From the human T2T-CHM13v2.0 reference genome, Homo sapiens, in assembly GCF_009914755.1 (NCBI RefSeq), contig NC_060936.1: 64,000 nucleotides of DNA, one strand, 5' to 3'. The position numbers were made by a program, and so were the translations under genes. The notes under the pieces were generated by a model. The model did no database searches. It was not told where the DNA came from and saw only the letters and a program-made list of their open reading frames with translations. Below, in pieces: positions 57,001 to 64,000 of this stretch (its first letter is position 1; each line of letters starts with the position of its first letter).

Positions 57001-57834
57001 GATATACACACATTTAAAGGTTAAATATGTCACTGTTTTCTGGCCAGTTCTTATGAGAACACACTCAAGTACCTGGACTGTTCCAGCCCAGCTCTGTAAG
57101 GCAGTCCCCTCATTGAGGAATATGAGCCCCCTCTCTCTTCAGAGGAAATCGCCTCCCTGCCTTTCTGAAACACAACAGCCTCACTTTAACCATTTGCCTT
57201 TTTTGGCCTCCCCATATCTGTGTGAATAGTTATTATTCATCTGCTGGACCTTTCACAGAATGCTGGTTGTAAATAGCACTCATCATCCCCCCTATCACCA
57301 CGCTGGTAATGAAGAGAAATGTGCTGGTAATGAGGAGAGCAGCCGCCATTATAGTAATGAAGAAAAATGGGCAGAAATGCCAGAGGAATGGCACCTCCAC
57401 TATTTCCTGGTGTAACTGGTATGAGGTAATTGCTTTTTTTCCCATCCTTCCTGCCTTCATCTTCACAAACCACTTCCAAATCCCTTACATTCATCACAAA
57501 ATAGAAAATTGAACTAGTGCAATAAATTAAAAAGGCAAAAGAGTTTAGCTTTGTGGTGCTAATCTTGAAAGAAAGAAATAAGAATGGTGACGGAATTAAT
57601 AAAAAGGATAATCGTTTTGGGGATTATTCCTTTTTGTTGTTATTTTTGTCACTACAGACTAAGCCTTCTGTCAACTCCATATAAAGAGAGACTCCAGCAG
57701 GAATAACTCTGAATATGCTCTAAATACATATGCCACAGCCACTACCACTACTGAAATAGCACCCACTACATGCAGGAGAATAACACACGAGGCAGGTCTA
57801 TTCTCACTCCTGCTGCTGGGAAACCCAGGCCTAA

Positions 57835-58292
<458 letters not shown>

Positions 58293-58399
58293 GAAAGATT
58301 CTTAAACTCAGGATTTTATAAATCCATCAAGAGAATTAGTAATGACTGAGCCCATACTCTGAAAAGAATTGTGTGCAGATGCTAAAATTAACTTAGGTG

Positions 58400-59676
58400 T
58401 CTGCTATCATTTTAGAGATATGCCCACAGATTCTTTGGTACCTCTGTCCTACCCCATCCCTGTAAGTGTGGGCTGGACTTAGTGACTTGTTTCCAGGGAA
58501 TAGATTACAATAGAAATGATGGGATGCCGCTTCCATAGTAGGTTTCGAAAAGACTGCAGCAAAAATGGAAACAACATAATACTATTTCACTGCATGTATA
58601 TATCATATTTTATTTATCCATCCATCTATAAAATGTGGTATATACATGGAACAGAAAATTATTCAGCCTTAAAAAGGCATGAAATTCTGATGCATGCAAC
58701 AACAGGAATGAATCTTTTAAAAATTTTTTTAATTTTTTTTTTTTTTTTTTAGAATTGGGGTCACACTATGTTGCTCAAGCTGTTCTTGAACTCCTGGACT
58801 CAAGTCATCCTCCCGCCTCAGCCTCCCAAAGTGTTAGGGTTACAGGCATGAGCCACCATACCTGGTCAACAAGAATGAGTCTTGGAAACATGCTAAGTAA
58901 AATAAACCAGACAGAAAAGGACAAGTATCGTATGATTCAACTTATAAAAAGAAAAAGGTACCTGGAGTAAGCAAATTCATAGAGACAGAAAGTGGAGTAG
59001 AAGATACCAGGAGCTGGGGATTTGGTGCATGGAGAGTTACTGCTGTTTAATGGGTATAGAAATTTTATTTGAGATGATGAAAAGGGTCTAGAAATAGGAA
59101 GTGCTGAGAGTTGCGCAACGATGTGAATGTACTTAATGCCACTGAATTGTACACTTACAACAGATTAAAATGGTAAGTTATATATATATACACATATATA
59201 TACGTATGTGTGTATGATATATATATTTACCTTACCACAATAAAAAATTACCCCCTCTCCAAAAAAGAGAAAAAGATTGAAGCTTAAGCTTTCATGTTAA
59301 ATCTACCCGGCTCCTTTTCTCTTGGACCACTCACTCTGAGAGAAACCAGCTACCATGTCTTGAGGCCACCCAGGGAGTTCTGTGGAGATGCCCACATGGC
59401 AAGGAACTGAGACTTTCAGATGACACCACTGAGGAACTGAGGACTCAAGTTAACTGCTTTGTGAGCTTTCTGGAGGCAGAACCTCCAAGCCCATCCAAAT
59501 TAGATGATGTATCCTCAGCTGACAGCTTGCCTATAACCTCATGAGACACCCTGACCCACGACCACCTAGCTAAGTTACTCCTGGATTTCTGACTCTCAAC
59601 TGTGAGATAATAGTTTGTTGTTTTAAGTCACTAAATCTTGGGATAATCAGTTACATGGCAATAGATAATCAAATAC
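58400..59676 (+). mobile_element. MaLR LTR (MLT1F-like) split by L1MB
   Basis: gtgggctggacttagtgacttg; cccacatggcaaggaactgag; gttacatggcaatagataatcaaataca end. Confidence 0.8.
58561..59270 (+). mobile_element. L1MB-like 3' end with short inverted 5' segment, containing an antisense FLAM/Alu monomer (~58724-58866)
   Basis: attattcagccttaaaaagg..gaaattctgatgcatgc; aaattcatagagacagaaagt; tgtgaatgtacttaatgccactgaattgtacactt; TSD aaaagactgcagc/aaaagattgaagc. Confidence 0.85.
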
Positions 59677-60367
59677 AGTATAAATAACTCTATATCCAAA
59701 CTCACAATAATGTTGAATAATATAAATGTATAATGTTAGATAATAATATTTATCTAAAATGGACTTCTACTCCATTCCACAAAGCAACTGGGGGAAACTT
59801 TAGCTACTGAGGTTAAGAAAAATGTCTATGTCCTGATCCTATTTCTATCCTTTCCTTGCTTTCATTTAGTTCTCTAAAATATGGCCATCCTCTCTCAGGT
59901 TCCATATGGTTCCCTTTCCCACATTTGTCTGTGTGGGAATGGGTATTTTTATTCAACTGCATAACATTCTTGGTATCTCTGCCTGCAGTAACTCAAAATG
60001 CATACGTCAAGTGCAGAATCTGTATTTCCACTGTATATTTAGAGCTCCAGATAGTACTTGGTTATTGCATAGACATGCACTAAATAGGAACTCCACAAAT
60101 AACCCCTACTACCTGCTTCTTTTTTTTTTCCCTCTCACTCTTCCTAAATTCTGCCTATCTTTATTACAGTTATGATAAAGGCAGTTTGTATAGATTATAT
60201 ATAGCTGTGGAGCTAGTAATTGTAACAACCAAAACCACAACCATAACAATTGTAACCAACCATTTCACCACCGATCAATGTCTGATGGGTGTCTAACTAC
60301 AAGCAACATATAAAAAGGAAGCCCTGGGAATCTGGTTGATCCAGGAATAGCGTTACCTATATGACTT

Positions 60368-60475
60368 CTGTTTGTTTGTTTGTTTTGTTTTTTGAGATGG
60401 GTCTCTCTGTGTTGCTCAGGCTGGTCTCAAATGCCTGGACTTAAGTGATTCTCCTGCCTCTGCCTCGAAGTAGCT
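60368..60475 (-). mobile_element. Alu monomer fragment
   Basis: (GTTT)n tail, gagatgggtctc..caggctggtctcaaa. Confidence 0.8.
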
Positions 60476-60691
60476 CAAATTATTGACACTCACCCCTAAT
60501 CCCAGCTCCAACTATCTGACATTTGAAGAATCATTCAGTGATGAAGGAAAGACCCAAACAATATCAAAAAACCGAGTTGAGGTGGCAAGACATGAGAAAA
60601 ACAAGAGAAGACTTCAGCAGAGGACAATGTGTGTAATAAAGTTCACAAAAATGGGTAAGGAACTATGTTATGAAGACAGGCATCTAAGTCA

Positions 60692-60990
<299 letters not shown>

Positions 60991-61074
60991 ATTAATTAAA
61001 ATAGTCCATCAATCCATAAATACTGAATATGTTACAGGTCATTCCTTTGCTCAAGTTTGGGTCAGGTTTTTAAT

Positions 61075-61211
61075 CTATTTTTTATTTTTTTTAGAGATGG
61101 TGGTTTTACCATGTTGCCCAGGCTGGTCACGAACTCCTGGGCTCAATCAGTCCTCCTGCCTCAGCCTCCCAAAGTGCTCGGATTACAGGTGTGAGCCACC
61201 ATGCCCAGCTG
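61075..61211 (-). mobile_element. FLAM_C-like monomer
   Basis: Single monomer; 11-bp TSD gtttgggtcag. Confidence 0.88.
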
Positions 61212-61364
61212 GGTTTGGGTCAGATTAAGTTAGACCTCAGAAGGAATTGATATCATAGGACCTCCTATGTTGTATTAAGAAGTATTCCATTCTTTCTCCC
61301 TTGCAAACACCTCATGGGCATGAGAAAGTCATTAGGTATTGGCATCCTATAGTCCTTTAAGCAT

Positions 61365-61580
61365 TTGCAAAGCAGTGTATTGAAGTAGGAGATAGTAGAT
61401 AAGGGCCCTAGGTCTCCTGCCTTCTCTAGCTCTACAAGATGACCAGATAACCTTGGATATGCCTTTCACCTTTCAGGCTCTCCACTTTGTCTTCAGTAAA
61501 ATGGAGTCATTCTACCCAAGATGTCTGAACTGGATCAAATGATCCATTGCGATTTCTTCCAACTATTAAATCTACAACTC
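61365..61580 (+). mobile_element. MIR (MIR3/MIRb-like)
   Basis: accttggatatgcctttcacctttcaggctc..cagtaaaatggag. Confidence 0.6.
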
Positions 61581-62754
61581 TATGGGGCTGATTTCTGTTG
61601 CCTATAGGGTCCTGCCTAGGGCAGTCCTAGGGAGCCATCTTAGCATGGCCACCTGGATAGATAAAATAATTTTTTCATCTCTACACTGCATGTCCTCCAA
61701 TCCAGAAGGGAAGCATAGTTTTTACTCTGAAAACTCAAGAATTGTGAGTTGGTTTAAGAGCAAATGGATAGTGAGATTGTGAGCACCTACAGTCAGTAAT
61801 TTATTTCCAGAGAAATTCTTATCTTAGCAGGAAAGTAGCCCTCCAAGGGGTGGAAACCTGGCTGAACATTCCATTCAATGGGGAAGGCAAGCCTGGAAAC
61901 TCTGCCTAGAGCAACAAGGGCATTCACAGAAAACTTGGTTTGGGGAATATACATGGATGGTGTCCAGCTATGAAGAAATAATTTTCAGAGGCTAAACTAT
62001 GTCACTTTCACTGTTTTGGCTGATTCTGATGGCAAATGAGGTTAACTGGTGCTCAGAACATCTTCTGGGAAAGTGAAACAGCAAGCAATTGCTTATTTTT
62101 TTTATGAGTTTTTCCATTTCTCATTGAAAGGAAGAATTCTTGTATGGGAGTTCTTAACCAGTAAATGTGGGTAGATCTGGAAGCCTGATTTGATGGTGCT
62201 CACGTCAGTGGCCTGGGGTTGTTAAGTTCCCCGAGGAGGAATGGAATAATCTACTGGGAACTCCCCACCCCCATCTCTTGACCTTAAAGCTTTAGGGAAA
62301 ATGAAAAGCAGCTTCTCTTTGACAAAAAAGGTTGGGAAGCCTTGCTGTGATGTATTACTGTTTCTTTAAAGCTTCCATGGAAATGAAAGATGTTCTCAAG
62401 CAAAGGTAGGTCAAATCTATTAAGAGAGTGGGTGAGGTGTTTCCCTCCTGAAAACTGGAGAATAACAGAAAAGAACTTTTTCTGACAAACCAACAGTATC
62501 CTTTTGTTTGTTGGAGTTTGTTTGTTTCACATTTATTTACTGAATGTTAGGGAGAAATACTTTAATTTGGGTATGAGAATAGCTAATTACTAGATGAAAA
62601 GAAGAAAGGATTTCTAAGATGGAGCCCCCCGCTCCCCCCACTGCCCCCATAGCTTACACATTGTGTAAACCTGCCTTTGATCCCATCCCCCTTTCTTCAG
62701 CAATTCCTTTTCCATACTCTCAGCTCCTAGAGAGTCATCAGAAAGCTGAGCTCC

Positions 62755-63096
<342 letters not shown>

Positions 63097-63847
63097 TTAA
63101 AAGGCATTTTATTTTTCTCTCCTGCTTCAAAATGGACCCTCTTACTAGAATTAGTTCCATCTTTGGGGGAGATGGGGAAAGAGAAGACCCGAGCAGATCT
63201 TTCTTCAAATTCTAATCACATTTTTGAATTAATATGATACCTGCCATCTGTTTATTTCCTGGAAGCTGGGAAGATTCATTTGATATCCAAAAAGCCCTTT
63301 AGAAAGCCTAAAAAAACACATGTAAAGACCGTGTAGTGATTTCCTATATCCAAGATTTCTGGTTTTTTTTTGTTTTTGTTTTTGTTTTTTATGTTCCCTG
63401 GACACTGGCAATGTTTTGGTCATATAGAGAAGGGAAAAATATTAAACCATTTTTATCTTAGCTGACCTTTACAGAGACAAGAAGTGATTTTGTTTGAATT
63501 CTCCGTTTTAGTTTGGGACACTAACAGCTGGGCAGGGATTTTGCTGAACACTTTGTGAGGTTTACACTCAACTTCCTTCTTCAGATTGCTATTTTATATT
63601 AAACCAATAGAGCACTGTTATTGAGACACCAGACTGCTACAACTTCAAGAAGATCCTAAACCAAGTAACTTTTTCTGGACCACTCGAGTCTCCATGAACG
63701 TAAAAGTCTAATATACTTGAAAAATCCATTGCAGCTCAGGAGACATTATAGTGGGATGATCTACAATCAGACTCTCTGGATTTGAAGAATCTTCCTACCA
63801 CTTATCAATGCTGTAAGTTTGAGAGACAATAGAGGTTAAGAATACAG

Positions 63848-63902
63848 TCCTTCCTTTCTTCCTTCCTTCCTTCCCTTCTTTCTTCCTTCCTTCCTTCCTT
63901 CC
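63848..63902. repeat. (CCTT)n polypyrimidine tract
   Basis: Imperfect CCTT repeats beside an Alu tail. Confidence 0.9.
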
Positions 63903-63911
63903 CCCCCCACC

Positions 63912-64000
63912 TTTTCTTTTTCTTTTCTTTTCTTTTTTTGAGATAGGGCCTTACTCTATCACCCAGGCTTGAGTGCGGTCACACATTCATGGCTCACTGC
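63912..64000 (-). mobile_element. Alu 3' part (runs off window end)
   Basis: T tail then gagatagggccttactctatcacccaggct..ggctcactgc. Confidence 0.88.

Noticed and set aside
62620-62650. C-rich tract as a G-quadruplex on the minus strand
   Set aside because: Only three G-runs in close range; not a canonical four-tract motif.

Overview
Non-coding, repeat-dense primate genomic DNA, most likely human or another hominid (AluY, AluS, AluJ, L1PA4-like, Made1). I find no supportable protein-coding exon, RNA gene or CpG island; nearly all ORFs in the track are translations of Alu, L1 or simple repeats. The window is a nested mosaic of Alus, L1/L2/L3 fossils, MaLR/ERVL LTRs, MIRs and Tigger/Charlie DNA transposons. 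The outstanding feature is a perfect long inverted repeat: two 477-bp arms (15056-15532 and 15659-16135, no mismatch found by eye) around a 126-bp spacer. It is built from an ancient, diverged Tigger fossil whose inverted copy has replaced the end of an AluJ at a TTGC microhomology. This points to a very recent template-switch inverted duplication, ongoing arm-to-arm conversion, or an assembly artefact; if transcribed it would form a long perfect dsRNA hairpin. A second structural signal is an apparent ~200-bp micro-inversion that flips the 3' terminus of an MLT2 LTR (56804-57002). Repeat subfamily names come from recalled consensus motifs, not a search, and boundaries of old repeats are approximate.
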